The position numbers were made by a program, and so were the translations under genes. Below, piece by piece: positions 46,210 to 56,361 of a DNA stretch of 64,000 bases (position 1 is the first letter of the stretch; every line of letters starts with the position of its first letter). The stretch covers positions 1,067 through 65,066 of the forward strand of contig JAFQQE010000014.1 of the NCBI GenBank assembly GCA_017411405.1. Direction: 5' to 3'. The notes below the pieces were generated by a model. It saw nothing but the letters and a program-made list of their open reading frames with translations. It was not told the DNA's origin and did no database searches. The stretch is from Bacilli bacterium. GTDB taxonomy: Bacteria > Bacillota_I > Bacilli_A > RF39 > UBA660.

Positions 46210-46300
46210 TTTGTAATAAAGTGTAATAAACAACACTTTATTTTTTTGTATTTTATTGTTTTTTAAAATTTATTATGCTAAAATTTAATAGGGTGAGATT

Positions 46301-48202
46301 ATGGCAAAATATGATGAAAGTTCGATAAAAATACTAGAAGGTTTAGATGCAGTTAGAAAAAGACCTGGTATGTATATTGGATCAACAGACAAAAGAGGAC
46401 TTCACCATTTAGCATGGGAAATTATAGATAACTCGATAGATGAAATAATTAATGGATATGGTTCAGTAATAAAAATCACAATAAATGAAGATGGAAGTTT
46501 AACGGTAAGAGATAACGGTAGAGGAGTTCCGACTGGTAAACATTCAAGTGGTAAAAGCACACCAGAAGTAATTTATACTATACTTCATGCCGGTGGTAAA
46601 TTTGAAGAAGCAGGCTACAAAGTAAGTGGAGGATTACACGGTGTTGGTGCAAGTGTAGTTAATGCATTATCTGAATGGATGGATGTTACTATATATAGAG
46701 ATGGTGTTATTAATACCATAAAATTTGAAAAAGGTGGGCATGTTAAAGAACCGTTAAAACAAATTGGTACTACGAAACAAACAGGTACTGAAGTAACATT
46801 TATGCCAGATAAAGAAATATTCAAAACTACACAATTCTCATTTACTACATTATGCGAAAGAATGCAAGAAAGTGCTTTCTTACTTAATAAACTTACAGTA
46901 GAATTAACAGATGTTTTAGATGATAAAAAAGTAATTTATCATTATGATAATGGATTAATATCATTCGTAGAGTATATTAATGAAAATAGAAATTGCTTAC
47001 ATAAAGTAGTTCCTATACATGGAATAAAAAATGATATAGAAGTTGATATTGCTTTACAATATACAGATTCATATAATGAAGATATATTATCATTCGTTAA
47101 TAATGTAAAAACAGGTGATGGAGGAACACATGAAGTTGGTTTTAAAACTGGTATAACAAAAGTTTTTAATGATTATGCAAGAACTAATAATTTATTAAAA
47201 TCAAAAGATACTAATTTTGATGGTTCTGATGTTAGAGAAGGTTTAACAGCAGTAATAAATTTAAAAATTCCTGAAAAATTATTACAATTTGAAGGGCAAA
47301 CAAAAGGAAAACTTGGAACCCCAGAAGCTAGACCAACTGTAGAAAGTATTGTTTATGACAATTTAAAATTCTTTTTAGAAGAAAATAGAGATACGGCAAT
47401 TACAATAGTAGAAAAAGCGCAAAAAAGTAAAATGGCTAGAGAAGCAGCTAGGCGCGCTAGAGAAGAAGCTAGAAATGGTAAAGGTAAAAAAAGTGAAGCA
47501 AAAAGTTTAAGTGCAAAACTTACACCGCCTCAAACTAGAAATCCAAAAATAAATGAATTATTTATAGTAGAAGGAAATTCAGCAGGAGGAACAGCTAAAA
47601 AAAGTAGAGATAGAAAATTTCAAGCGATACTTCCTTTAAGAGGTAAGATTATTAATACTGAAAAAGCTAACCTTTCTGATATATTTAAAAATGAAGAAAT
47701 TAATACAATAATTCATTGTGTTGGAGCCGGTGTAGGAAATGATTTTGATATAAAAGACATTAATTATGATAAAGTAATTATAACAACCGATGCCGATGAT
47801 GACGGTGCTCACATACAATGTCTACTATTAACTTTCTTCTATAGATTTATGAAACCATTAATAGAAACTGGACATCTTTATATAGCAATGCCTCCATTAT
47901 TTAGAGTAGACTATAATAAAGAAACTAAATATTTCTGGACTAATGAAGAATTAAAAGAATATACAAATGGAAAAACGAATTACAAAGTTCAAAGATATAA
48001 AGGATTAGGTGAAATGAATCCAGGACCATTCTGGGATACTACAATGTGTCCTGAAACAAGAAACCTTATAAAAGTATCAATTAATGATGCTGTATTGGCA
48101 GAAAAAAGAGTAAGTGTTTTAATGGGAGATGTAGTTGAACCAAGAAAAGAATGGATTAACGAAAATGTAGAATTTTCACTTGAAGATGACTATGTTTTAT
48201 AA
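46301..48202 (+). CDS. parE: DNA topoisomerase IV subunit B
   Basis: LEGLDAVRKRPGMYIGS, DNSIDE, LHAGGKF, GGLHGVGASVVNALS, VEGNSAGG, PLRGK, TDADDDG. The C-terminus VEPRKEWINENVEF is ParE-type. Confidence 0.9.
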   Translation: MAKYDESSIKILEGLDAVRKRPGMYIGSTDKRGLHHLAWEIIDNSIDEIINGYGSVIKITINEDGSLTVRDNGRGVPTGKHSSGKSTPEVIYTILHAGGKFEEAGYKVSGGLHGVGASVVNALSEWMDVTIYRDGVINTIKFEKGGHVKEPLKQIGTTKQTGTEVTFMPDKEIFKTTQFSFTTLCERMQESAFLLNKLTVELTDVLDDKKVIYHYDNGLISFVEYINENRNCLHKVVPIHGIKNDIEVDIALQYTDSYNEDILSFVNNVKTGDGGTHEVGFKTGITKVFNDYARTNNLLKSKDTNFDGSDVREGLTAVINLKIPEKLLQFEGQTKGKLGTPEARPTVESIVYDNLKFFLEENRDTAITIVEKAQKSKMAREAARRAREEARNGKGKKSEAKSLSAKLTPPQTRNPKINELFIVEGNSAGGTAKKSRDRKFQAILPLRGKIINTEKANLSDIFKNEEINTIIHCVGAGVGNDFDIKDINYDKVIITTDADDDGAHIQCLLLTFFYRFMKPLIETGHLYIAMPPLFRVDYNKETKYFWTNEELKEYTNGKTNYKVQRYKGLGEMNPGPFWDTTMCPETRNLIKVSINDAVLAEKRVSVLMGDVVEPRKEWINENVEFSLEDDYVL

Positions 48203-48407
48203 AAAAATGTAAAAAAAGCGTAAAGTTTTAAATTTTAATGATTTTAAAAATTAGTTAATAAAAATAAACAGAATTTAAAAATGTATATCAAAAAATACAT
48301 ATAATTCTGTTTTTTTGTTAATTTTTCGCATCCAATATTTATATTTTGTATTTTGATTTTAAAAACTTATTTTGCTATCTTTTTCTTACGAAAGGAGGAA
48401 TATAAAA

Positions 48408-48740
48408 ATGCAAAATATAGTTTTCTTAATAGGTAGACTAGCAAGCGAACCAGAACTTAAAAAAACTGAAAATTCTAAAGATTACTCAACTATAACAGTT
48501 GCAGTACCAAGAAGTTTTAAAAATCCTGATGGTTTATATGAAACAGACTTTATTAGATGCAATCTTTGGAATGGTATTGCTACAAATGTTAATGAATATT
48601 GCCACAAAGGTGACTTAGTTGGTATTAAAGGAAGAATTCAAGTTAGAAGTTATCAAGATAATGAAGATACTAAATATATAACTGAAATAATAGTAGATAA
48701 AGTATCGTTTTTATCTAGTAAGAAAGTAGTAGAGGAATAA
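48408..48740 (+). CDS. ssb: Single-stranded DNA-binding protein, short form without acidic tail (SsbB-like)
   Basis: NIVFLIGRL..EPEL, AVPR, TDFIRC..W, KGDLVGIKGRIQVRSY; 110 aa, no DDDLPF tail; AAAGGAGG RBS. Confidence 0.9.
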   Translation: MQNIVFLIGRLASEPELKKTENSKDYSTITVAVPRSFKNPDGLYETDFIRCNLWNGIATNVNEYCHKGDLVGIKGRIQVRSYQDNEDTKYITEIIVDKVSFLSSKKVVEE

Positions 48741-48766
48741 TCTGCTTTTCTCTATAAAGGGGTTTT

Positions 48767-49657
48767 ATGAACTATTATTATGAAATAAAAAATAAATTAA
48801 TTGATAATGAGATATATTCAAAAGTAAAGGATTATTCAAAAGAAAGACATAGAGTAATTACTTATTTTGAAATCGGAAGATTATTGAGTGAAACAGGTAA
48901 TAAGTATGGAGATAATATTATTGATGAATATTCTAAAAAGTTAGTAATAGAGGTTGGAAAAAAATATAATAGAAGAACACTTTTTAGAATGAAACAATTT
49001 TATAATACATTTAGTAATGAAAAAGTGTCCCCATTGGGGACACAATTAACATGGAGTCATTGTAGAGCATTATTGTGTATAAAAGATTATGATAAAATAA
49101 ATTATTATATAAATTTAACAATAAATAATAATTTGAGTAAAAGGGAGTTAGAGGAAAAAATAAAACATAACGAATATGAGAGAGTACCCCAAGAAACTAA
49201 AGATAAATTAATTGGAAAAGAAACATTAGAAATTAAAGATTTTATCAAAAATCCTATAATTATTAAAAACAAATATAATTATGAAATAATATCTGAAAAA
49301 GTATTACAAAGATTAATATTAGAAAACATTTCTTCTTTTTTAGACGAATTAGGTAAAGATTTTACCTTTATTAGAAATGAATATAAAATAAAAATAGGAG
49401 ATAAATATAATTATATAGATTTACTTTTATATAATATTAAATTCAAATGTTATATAGTAATAGAATTGAAAATAACTCAACTTAAGAAGGAACATATAGG
49501 ACAAATTCAAGCTTATATGAATTATATTGATAAGAACATTAAAACAATAGATGAAGCTAAAACTATAGGAATAATAATAGCTAAGCAAGATGACAAATAT
49601 ATTATGGAATATTGTAGTGATAATAGAATACTAACTAGAGAATATGATTTGATATAA
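48767..49657 (+). CDS. YhcG/DUF1016 PD-(D/E)XK nuclease-family protein
   Basis: YFEIGRLL, LTWSH, FIKNP, FLDELGKDF, YIDLLLYN..CYIVIELK, HIGQIQAYMNY, TIGIII. Confidence 0.87.
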   Translation: MNYYYEIKNKLIDNEIYSKVKDYSKERHRVITYFEIGRLLSETGNKYGDNIIDEYSKKLVIEVGKKYNRRTLFRMKQFYNTFSNEKVSPLGTQLTWSHCRALLCIKDYDKINYYINLTINNNLSKRELEEKIKHNEYERVPQETKDKLIGKETLEIKDFIKNPIIIKNKYNYEIISEKVLQRLILENISSFLDELGKDFTFIRNEYKIKIGDKYNYIDLLLYNIKFKCYIVIELKITQLKKEHIGQIQAYMNYIDKNIKTIDEAKTIGIIIAKQDDKYIMEYCSDNRILTREYDLI

Positions 49658-49703
49658 ATTTAAAAATATTAAATCAATAAAAGAATAAGAAAAAAAGAAC
49701 ATT

Positions 49704-50648
49704 TTACTGTTCTGAATTTAGTCGATCAAGATTGTATAATGGATTTATTTTACTTAATTTTTTAATACTTTTATCATCAGATTCTATAACTTTTAAATCA
49801 TTTTCAATATCTGAAGTATATAAATTATATGATATAAATTTTGTATAAATAAATAATCTTATTTCATCGTCGTTAGGTAATGTATATTGTTCATTATGTA
49901 CACAATTATTTATATGAGATAAGATTTTTTTATCTATATTGTCGACTATTTTATCTGCTTCATCTATTTCTAATTCTTCGTCTTCTTTATTCATTCTTTC
50001 TATAAATAAAAAGCTATCCGCTAATATTAATCTTATTAAAATACTTTTATATTTTCTAATATTATCTTTATTTATAATGCCATTACTAAGTGAAATAAAA
50101 TCTTCATCAAAGTCATCATTTAATAAAAAATCATCTAATAAATTTTCTCTATCAGCCTGATCTGTACTACTTAAAAAATTTAACATTAATTTTCTATATA
50201 AAACAGTTAAACTATTTACCTCAATAAATATTTTACTTATTTTATTTAACAAGTTAGAATACTTAATGTTATAATTATATATCTTTTTATCACTTTTTCC
50301 TAACAATAAAAACGCATATTGTGTAGTCTTAGCTTGAAACAATATATTATTATCTAAATTAAATTGTAAGTTATCAAATTCATTATTTATAAAATTCAAA
50401 TAGTCTTTATCTTTTACAAGAGAAGCATACATAACAGCATATTTTATCAATACTTCTTTATATGAACTAAAATATATTTTATTAAAATCAACAACTACAT
50501 TAAAAGGTAATCTTAATTTATTTCTATTAATTTTTAAAATAAAATCAAAATTTTTTATCCTTCTTTTATAATCATTTTGTAAACGATCTTTAAGTATAAA
50601 TTCATACATTAATTCTATTAGTTCATCCTTCATAATATTCATCTCCAC
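49704..50648 (-). CDS. Hypothetical protein
   Basis: 314-aa uninterrupted ORF between convergent and divergent neighbours; acidic patches; no recognised motif. Confidence 0.65.
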   Translation of the reverse strand: MEMNIMKDELIELMYEFILKDRLQNDYKRRIKNFDFILKINRNKLRLPFNVVVDFNKIYFSSYKEVLIKYAVMYASLVKDKDYLNFINNEFDNLQFNLDNNILFQAKTTQYAFLLLGKSDKKIYNYNIKYSNLLNKISKIFIEVNSLTVLYRKLMLNFLSSTDQADRENLLDDFLLNDDFDEDFISLSNGIINKDNIRKYKSILIRLILADSFLFIERMNKEDEELEIDEADKIVDNIDKKILSHINNCVHNEQYTLPNDDEIRLFIYTKFISYNLYTSDIENDLKVIESDDKSIKKLSKINPLYNLDRLNSEQ

Positions 50649-50730
50649 AAATATAAATTTTGATTATTATTATAATAATAAAATGTAATTAAATCAATAT
50701 AAAATTTATATATTTAATTAGGGTGAAAAT

Positions 50731-51498
50731 ATGAAAATTTTTAGATTAATAGGTATTATGACATTGTTAGTATTTTCTTTTTACTTAACAGATTTTGTTA
50801 CAGAACTTGCAATAAATACTAATCCTATAATGCAAAGTATCAAAATTAATAGTAATAATTATTTTGTAGAAAGTGTGAATGCAACTATTGATAAAAATAC
50901 AATTATACCTGGGATAAAGGGTAAAAAAATAAATGAGATGGAAAGTTTTTTAAATATGAAAGATTTCGGAGCTTTTAATAGTAATTATATTATTTATGAT
51001 GATATTAAACCAGAAATAAGTATAGAAAGTAATAAAGATAAAATAATAATATCTGGTAATAAAAATATTAGACAAGTAAGTCTATTGTTATTTAATAATG
51101 ATAATTTAATAGAATATTTAAAAAGTAATAAGATAAAATATTCTAAATTAATTAATTCTAATGATATTTTAGATGTTAATGAAAACATCAATATTGAAAA
51201 TGATAAAAAATTATTTGATAATATAGATACTCTATTAAAGAAAAAGGATTTAAATAAAAAAATATGTATATTAAATTATTCAAATATAGAAAGTTGTAAA
51301 GAAAAAGAATATTATTTAGTAAAACCAACCTACATAGTTAAAAATAATAATATAATCAATATTATTAATAATATAGAAAGTGGAAATATTTTGTTAATAG
51401 AAAATAATTTAAGTATAGAAAATTTAAAATTATTGATATCAAGAATAAATAATAAAGATATAGAAATTAATTATTTAAGTGATTTAATTAAAGAATAA
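50731..51498 (+). CDS. YlxY-like polysaccharide-deacetylase-family protein, catalytic motifs not evident
   Basis: N-terminal TM, VNATIDKNTIIPGIKGKKIN, IISGNKNIRQVSLLL, IESGNILL. No recognisable NodB metal-binding motifs. Confidence 0.55.
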   Translation: MKIFRLIGIMTLLVFSFYLTDFVTELAINTNPIMQSIKINSNNYFVESVNATIDKNTIIPGIKGKKINEMESFLNMKDFGAFNSNYIIYDDIKPEISIESNKDKIIISGNKNIRQVSLLLFNNDNLIEYLKSNKIKYSKLINSNDILDVNENINIENDKKLFDNIDTLLKKKDLNKKICILNYSNIESCKEKEYYLVKPTYIVKNNNIINIINNIESGNILLIENNLSIENLKLLISRINNKDIEINYLSDLIKE

Positions 51499-51555
51499 TA
51501 ATAGACTTTTAAAAAAAATATGTTATACTTATTAGTAGGAATGGTAGATGATTTA

Positions 51556-52350
51556 ATGAAAAAGAGAATAACAAGTGCAGTTATAATGATACTAATTATA
51601 ATACCTTTAATTATTTTAGGAGGAGTACCTTATAGTTTAGGTGTTGGATTAATAGGATGTATAGCATATAAAGAATTAATAGATTTAAGAAAAGATAAAT
51701 CCAATGAATTTCCTAATTTAATGAAAATTATAGGAATATTATGTTTATTATTATTAATATATAATAATTTTGAAAAATATGGGTTATTATTTGGTATATC
51801 TTATAAAGTATTATGTGGAGTTATTTTAATACTTTGTATACCAACTATATTTTATAAAGATGATTATAAGATAAAAGATGCGTTTGCATTATTAAGTGAT
51901 ACTTTATTTTTAGGAATAGGGTTTAATTTATTAATAAGTGTTTATAATTATAATGTTAAATATTTTATATTATTGATATTAATTACTACATTAACAGATA
52001 CATTTGCATTATTTGGAGGTAAATTAATAGGTAAACATAAATTTACTAGTATTAGTCCAAATAAAACTATTGAAGGATGTGTAGTAGGTTCTTTAATATC
52101 AACATTTATATGTACTATGTATTATATAAATTTAATTAATGTTAATACAAATTTATTAAGTATTATATTCTTTATATTATTATTAAGCATATTTGGACAA
52201 ATAGGAGATTTATTTTTCAGTGCTATAAAAAGAGAATTTAATAAAAAAGATTTTGGTTCTTTAATACCTGGGCATGGTGGAATACTTGATAGATTAGATA
52301 GTATAATATTTGTATTATTTGCTTTTGTATTATTAATAACTTATATTTAG
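51556..52350 (+). CDS. cdsA: Phosphatidate cytidylyltransferase
   Basis: [58 protein letters not shown]. Confidence 0.93.
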   Translation: MKKRITSAVIMILIIIPLIILGGVPYSLGVGLIGCIAYKELIDLRKDKSNEFPNLMKIIGILCLLLLIYNNFEKYGLLFGISYKVLCGVILILCIPTIFYKDDYKIKDAFALLSDTLFLGIGFNLLISVYNYNVKYFILLILITTLTDTFALFGGKLIGKHKFTSISPNKTIEGCVVGSLISTFICTMYYINLINVNTNLLSIIFFILLLSIFGQIGDLFFSAIKREFNKKDFGSLIPGHGGILDRLDSIIFVLFAFVLLITYI

Positions 52351-52361
52351 GAGGTAAAAAT

Positions 52362-53420
52362 ATGTTAACTTTAATAATTTTAATTTTAATGTTAGGAATA
52401 CTAATTTTTGTGCATGAATTTGGTCATTTCATAGTAGCAAAAAAAACTGGAGTTCATGTAGATGAATTTGCTCTAGGAATGGGACCTATAATCTTTAAAT
52501 TTAAAAGAAAAAATGATCCTACACTTTATAGTCTAAGATTATTTCCAGTAGGCGGCTTTTGTGCTATGGCAGGAGAAGTCGTAGAGGAAGAAGAAAAAAA
52601 ATTGAGTAAAGATAAGTATATGTGTAATAAGAAACCATATCAAAAATTTCTAATCCTTGTTGCAGGTGTAACAATGAATTTCTTATTAGCGTTTATTATT
52701 TTCTTCTTACAAAGTTTAATTTGGGGTAGTTCAAATCAATTAAGTGATGTTGGGCTAGTTACTGAAGATTCTCCGATTGCAAAAAGCGGAATAGAAGTTG
52801 GAGATAAAATATTAAGTATTAATGGAGTAAAAACAGATACATGGGATAAAATACAAATAGCTTTATCTTTGAAAGATGAAGATAAAAAATATGATTTCGT
52901 AGTAGAAAAAAAAGATGGTACTACTAAAAAATATGAAGTTACACCAGAAACAAAATATGATAAAGATGGAAATCTTGAAAGTATGACTTTTGGATTTGGT
53001 GTAGGAGATAAATTAAATAAAGGTTTTATAAATTCAATAAAATATGCTTTTGTAAAGCTTTATAGTATTTTCACAAGTATGGGATTAATTATAATAAAAT
53101 TATTTACAGGGCAACTTGGATTAAATAGTTTGTCTGGTCCTATAGGAATGTATTCAGTAGTAGGAGAATCTGCTAAGTACGGGTTTCAAAACATTTTATA
53201 CTTAACAGGATATTTATCTGTAAACTTAGGATTTATAAATTTAATACCTTTCCCAGCATTTGATGGAGGAAGAATACTTTTCGTAATTATAGAAAAAATT
53301 AAAGGAAGTCCTGTAAAACCAGAAGTAGAAAATTGGTTTCATACTATTGGTTTTATGTTATTAATGCTTTTAATGATTGTAATAACTTATCAAGATATAA
53401 TAAGACTGTTTACCAAGTAG
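52362..53420 (+). CDS. rseP: RIP metalloprotease (site-2 protease) with PDZ domain
   Basis: HEFGH, FALGMGP, LFPVGGFCAMAG, AGVTMNF, PDZ, NLIPFPAFDGGR. Confidence 0.93.
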   Translation: MLTLIILILMLGILIFVHEFGHFIVAKKTGVHVDEFALGMGPIIFKFKRKNDPTLYSLRLFPVGGFCAMAGEVVEEEEKKLSKDKYMCNKKPYQKFLILVAGVTMNFLLAFIIFFLQSLIWGSSNQLSDVGLVTEDSPIAKSGIEVGDKILSINGVKTDTWDKIQIALSLKDEDKKYDFVVEKKDGTTKKYEVTPETKYDKDGNLESMTFGFGVGDKLNKGFINSIKYAFVKLYSIFTSMGLIIIKLFTGQLGLNSLSGPIGMYSVVGESAKYGFQNILYLTGYLSVNLGFINLIPFPAFDGGRILFVIIEKIKGSPVKPEVENWFHTIGFMLLMLLMIVITYQDIIRLFTK

Positions 53421-53554
53421 ACAGTTTTTTTACATATTATAAAAAAAATATCAAAAAAAGTCTTTTCAAATTAATATTTTGTGTTATAATTTATTATAGG
53501 TAGGGTATAAATAATAGTAGTAATAATATACCTAACTGAAGAAAGAAGGGTCTT

Positions 53555-55066
53555 ATGAAAAATTTATTAAAAAAATTAGGGGTATTAAGTCTTATTACAA
53601 TAATATTAGCTCCCGTAATTGAATTACCGAAAGTAAAAGCAGCAGGAACAGGAATAAATTGTGAACCGCATTTACAAAATTATTTATTTTTAGATCAGTT
53701 TATGTTTTCACCTGGTAATGATGGAACTAGTTGGGTAGAAAACTATATTGATGATGGAGGAAGAACAACATCAACATATTTCTTATATGCTTTTCCAGAA
53801 CAATCTGAAAGTAAAATAGTAAGAGTTACATCAGTTGATCAATATAATTTAGATGAAAGTGATTCATATGAAAATGATTTAAAAAAATATTGGCAAGTAT
53901 TTAATTCAATAGCAGGTAGTCAAGACGGAATGTATTCTGAAGGCTTAGATAATAACACAAAATATACTGTTGGAAATGTATTTGTAAGGAATTCAGTTAA
54001 TAAGAACTATGAAGATATTGCAACTTTCCTACATGGAGTATGGCAAGATCAAGATGGGAATGGCGATTTTGAATACGCTTTTTGGGAGAAAAAAGGTGAA
54101 GTAAATGAAGTAACAAATTTATCATTTCAAAAAGTACTTGAAACAATAAATTCAGATATGGATAAAATGTCAATAGAAATTTTAGAATCTACAACTGGTA
54201 CTAATGGAGATATAGTTGCGAGCAATGAAAAAATATCAAGTGAATATTTCAACGATATAATACAAAACAAAAAAAACATAAAAAAAATAGATGATTTTGA
54301 TACTTTCCCAATATCAATTAAAAGACAAATAAAATTAGGAAATATGGATGCTACAGAATATTTTAATCAATTCGTATTTGGTCATGATGATGGGAACGGT
54401 AATAAAGTAATATATACTACAATTGAAAAAGAATCTCTACAAGAATTAACAGCAGAAGAAATAAAAACAGATTTAGAAAAAGGAACTATTATAACTGATA
54501 GTTTTAATGCGATTGCTAATACAAATATTGCGGAAAATAAAAATCACTATGTAGGATATCAAGATCTCAAAATGGAAAAAGCTGATTTTGATGAATTATA
54601 TGATACATTAGTAGATTTTGAACAAGGAATAAATTATTATTGGCCTGCAATATTAGCAGTTGAATATGAAACTTGTACAGTTGCTCAAGAAGAAATAAAA
54701 ACATGGAATTTAGAATATGATGGTAATGTATCAGATAATAGTGTAAAAAATATACCTGATGGAAGTAGTGCTAATGTAGGAGAAAGTATAAAAGTTAGTA
54801 CAAAAATACCTGAAAGAGAAGGATATAAATTCGAAAAATGGTGTGAAGATCCTGAAGGGAAATCAGGATGTTATGAAGCAAATGAAGAAGTAAAATCAGA
54901 TGACCCTGCAGAAATCATTTTACATGCTCAATGGGCAGAAGTTGGAACAACAGATAACGAAAAAACTGGAGTTATGTCATATGTAATAGGATTTTTAACA
55001 GTAGGATTAATTGCTGGAGGGATTTATTACATAGTACGTAAGAAAAATTTATTTAAACAAATATAA
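53555..55066 (+). CDS. Cell-surface protein with InlB-B/Flg_new-type repeat and sortase-like anchor
   Basis: Signal peptide ..PKVKA; acidic body; LEYDGN...IPEREGYKFEKW...LHAQW repeat; NEKTG followed by a TM helix and RKK. Confidence 0.68.
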   Translation: MKNLLKKLGVLSLITIILAPVIELPKVKAAGTGINCEPHLQNYLFLDQFMFSPGNDGTSWVENYIDDGGRTTSTYFLYAFPEQSESKIVRVTSVDQYNLDESDSYENDLKKYWQVFNSIAGSQDGMYSEGLDNNTKYTVGNVFVRNSVNKNYEDIATFLHGVWQDQDGNGDFEYAFWEKKGEVNEVTNLSFQKVLETINSDMDKMSIEILESTTGTNGDIVASNEKISSEYFNDIIQNKKNIKKIDDFDTFPISIKRQIKLGNMDATEYFNQFVFGHDDGNGNKVIYTTIEKESLQELTAEEIKTDLEKGTIITDSFNAIANTNIAENKNHYVGYQDLKMEKADFDELYDTLVDFEQGINYYWPAILAVEYETCTVAQEEIKTWNLEYDGNVSDNSVKNIPDGSSANVGESIKVSTKIPEREGYKFEKWCEDPEGKSGCYEANEEVKSDDPAEIILHAQWAEVGTTDNEKTGVMSYVIGFLTVGLIAGGIYYIVRKKNLFKQI

Positions 55067-55071
55067 AAATT

Positions 55072-55096
55072 AAGTCTATAATATAGACTTTTTTTT
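55072..55096 (+). terminator. Intrinsic terminator
   Basis: AAGTCTAT-aat-ATAGACTT plus T run. Confidence 0.72.
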
Positions 55097-55138
55097 AATA
55101 CTATAATATAATTAATTTATAATGAAAGGTAGTTATTA

Positions 55139-55495
55139 ATGAAAAAAAATAAAGAAATACTAAATCATTGTCCAAATTTTTATAAAATAAAAAACTATGA
55201 ATTTGATGAAAATGATTATATAACATTAAAAATAATTGGAATATATGAAGATTATATATTTAATATTGATATAAATAATGAAGAAGAAGTTAGAAAAATT
55301 GAAGAAATAGATTGTATAATTTCTAAATATGTTGATGATTATGCTTTTAGAAGAGAAATACAAAATAACTTACTTAATTTAAAAGTTAAAAGAGGTAGCA
55401 ATATAGTAGAAATTATCATAGAAAATTTAATAAGAATATTTAATACCTATGAAGATGGGTATACTAGAAATATATATTTTGCTAGGTGGATATAG
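55139..55495 (+). CDS. Hypothetical protein
   Basis: 118 aa, GAAAGG RBS, overlaps the next ORF; no motif recognised. Confidence 0.65.
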   Translation: MKKNKEILNHCPNFYKIKNYEFDENDYITLKIIGIYEDYIFNIDINNEEEVRKIEEIDCIISKYVDDYAFRREIQNNLLNLKVKRGSNIVEIIIENLIRIFNTYEDGYTRNIYFARWI

Positions 55496-55497
55496 AT

Positions 55498-56361
55498 ATG
55501 GAAGAATTTTTTTACGAAGAAAGTAACACTAAACATAATTTTTTAAAAATATTAGTTTTATTATTCATTATCGGAATATTTATAGGAATATTTATATATT
55601 ATAGAAAAGTTAATTCTATTAAACTAAAAAATATAACAATAGAAGCTGGAGAAACTTTATCTAAAAATGTTGAAGATTACTTAGTTAATGGTGAAAAAAA
55701 TAAAGATAAATATAACTTAGATATTAGTAAAGTAAATACAAATAAAGTTGGTTCTTATACTTATACAGTAAAACACAATAAACATATTGAAAAGGCTATT
55801 ATTAAAGTAGTAGATACTACATCACCTAATGTAACTTTAGAAAATATTACAATTGGTCCTAAAGAAGAACTAGATCCTAATTTATTAATAAGCAGTTGTA
55901 ATGATATATCTTTACCTTGTAGAGCATCATTCACTAATGATAGCGATATTGATAAACTAAAAAATGTTGGAACTTATAATATATCTATAACTGTAAGCGA
56001 TAATGTATTTAACACAATTAAAAAGTATGTTACAATAACTGTCAAAGAAGGAGTTACTTTTTCTAACACAATAACTAATGATATAAATTATTATTCTAAT
56101 AGTGAAAATGATACAACATTAGGACACACACTATTTTATAAATTTGATAAAGCTGTTATAGAAGATTCTCATGAATATGAAGAAAAAATAAGAGAAATAT
56201 CTGTTATAGAATATGATTTATATTTAGAAAAAGAAATTCATGATATAAAATTAATTACTGCATATAATAAATATGGTTACGTTATTGGTATACAAGTAGA
56301 AGTAACTTATATTGATGGAGTAAAAGAATTATTAAGTGAACAGGTGATTTATGAAAACTAA
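55498..56361 (+). CDS. Membrane-anchored protein with two bacterial Ig-like repeats
   Basis: N-terminal TM; ITIEAGE..LDISKVNTNKVGSYTYTV..IIKVVDTTSP repeated as ..KNVGTYNISITVSD..YVTITV. Confidence 0.68.
   Translation: MEEFFYEESNTKHNFLKILVLLFIIGIFIGIFIYYRKVNSIKLKNITIEAGETLSKNVEDYLVNGEKNKDKYNLDISKVNTNKVGSYTYTVKHNKHIEKAIIKVVDTTSPNVTLENITIGPKEELDPNLLISSCNDISLPCRASFTNDSDIDKLKNVGTYNISITVSDNVFNTIKKYVTITVKEGVTFSNTITNDINYYSNSENDTTLGHTLFYKFDKAVIEDSHEYEEKIREISVIEYDLYLEKEIHDIKLITAYNKYGYVIGIQVEVTYIDGVKELLSEQVIYEN

Noticed and set aside
53497-53540. Possible riboswitch in the leader of the surface-protein gene (GGGTATA...TATACCT)
   Set aside because: Only a 7-bp stem with an AT-rich loop, no recognisable aptamer consensus and no terminator or anti-terminator.
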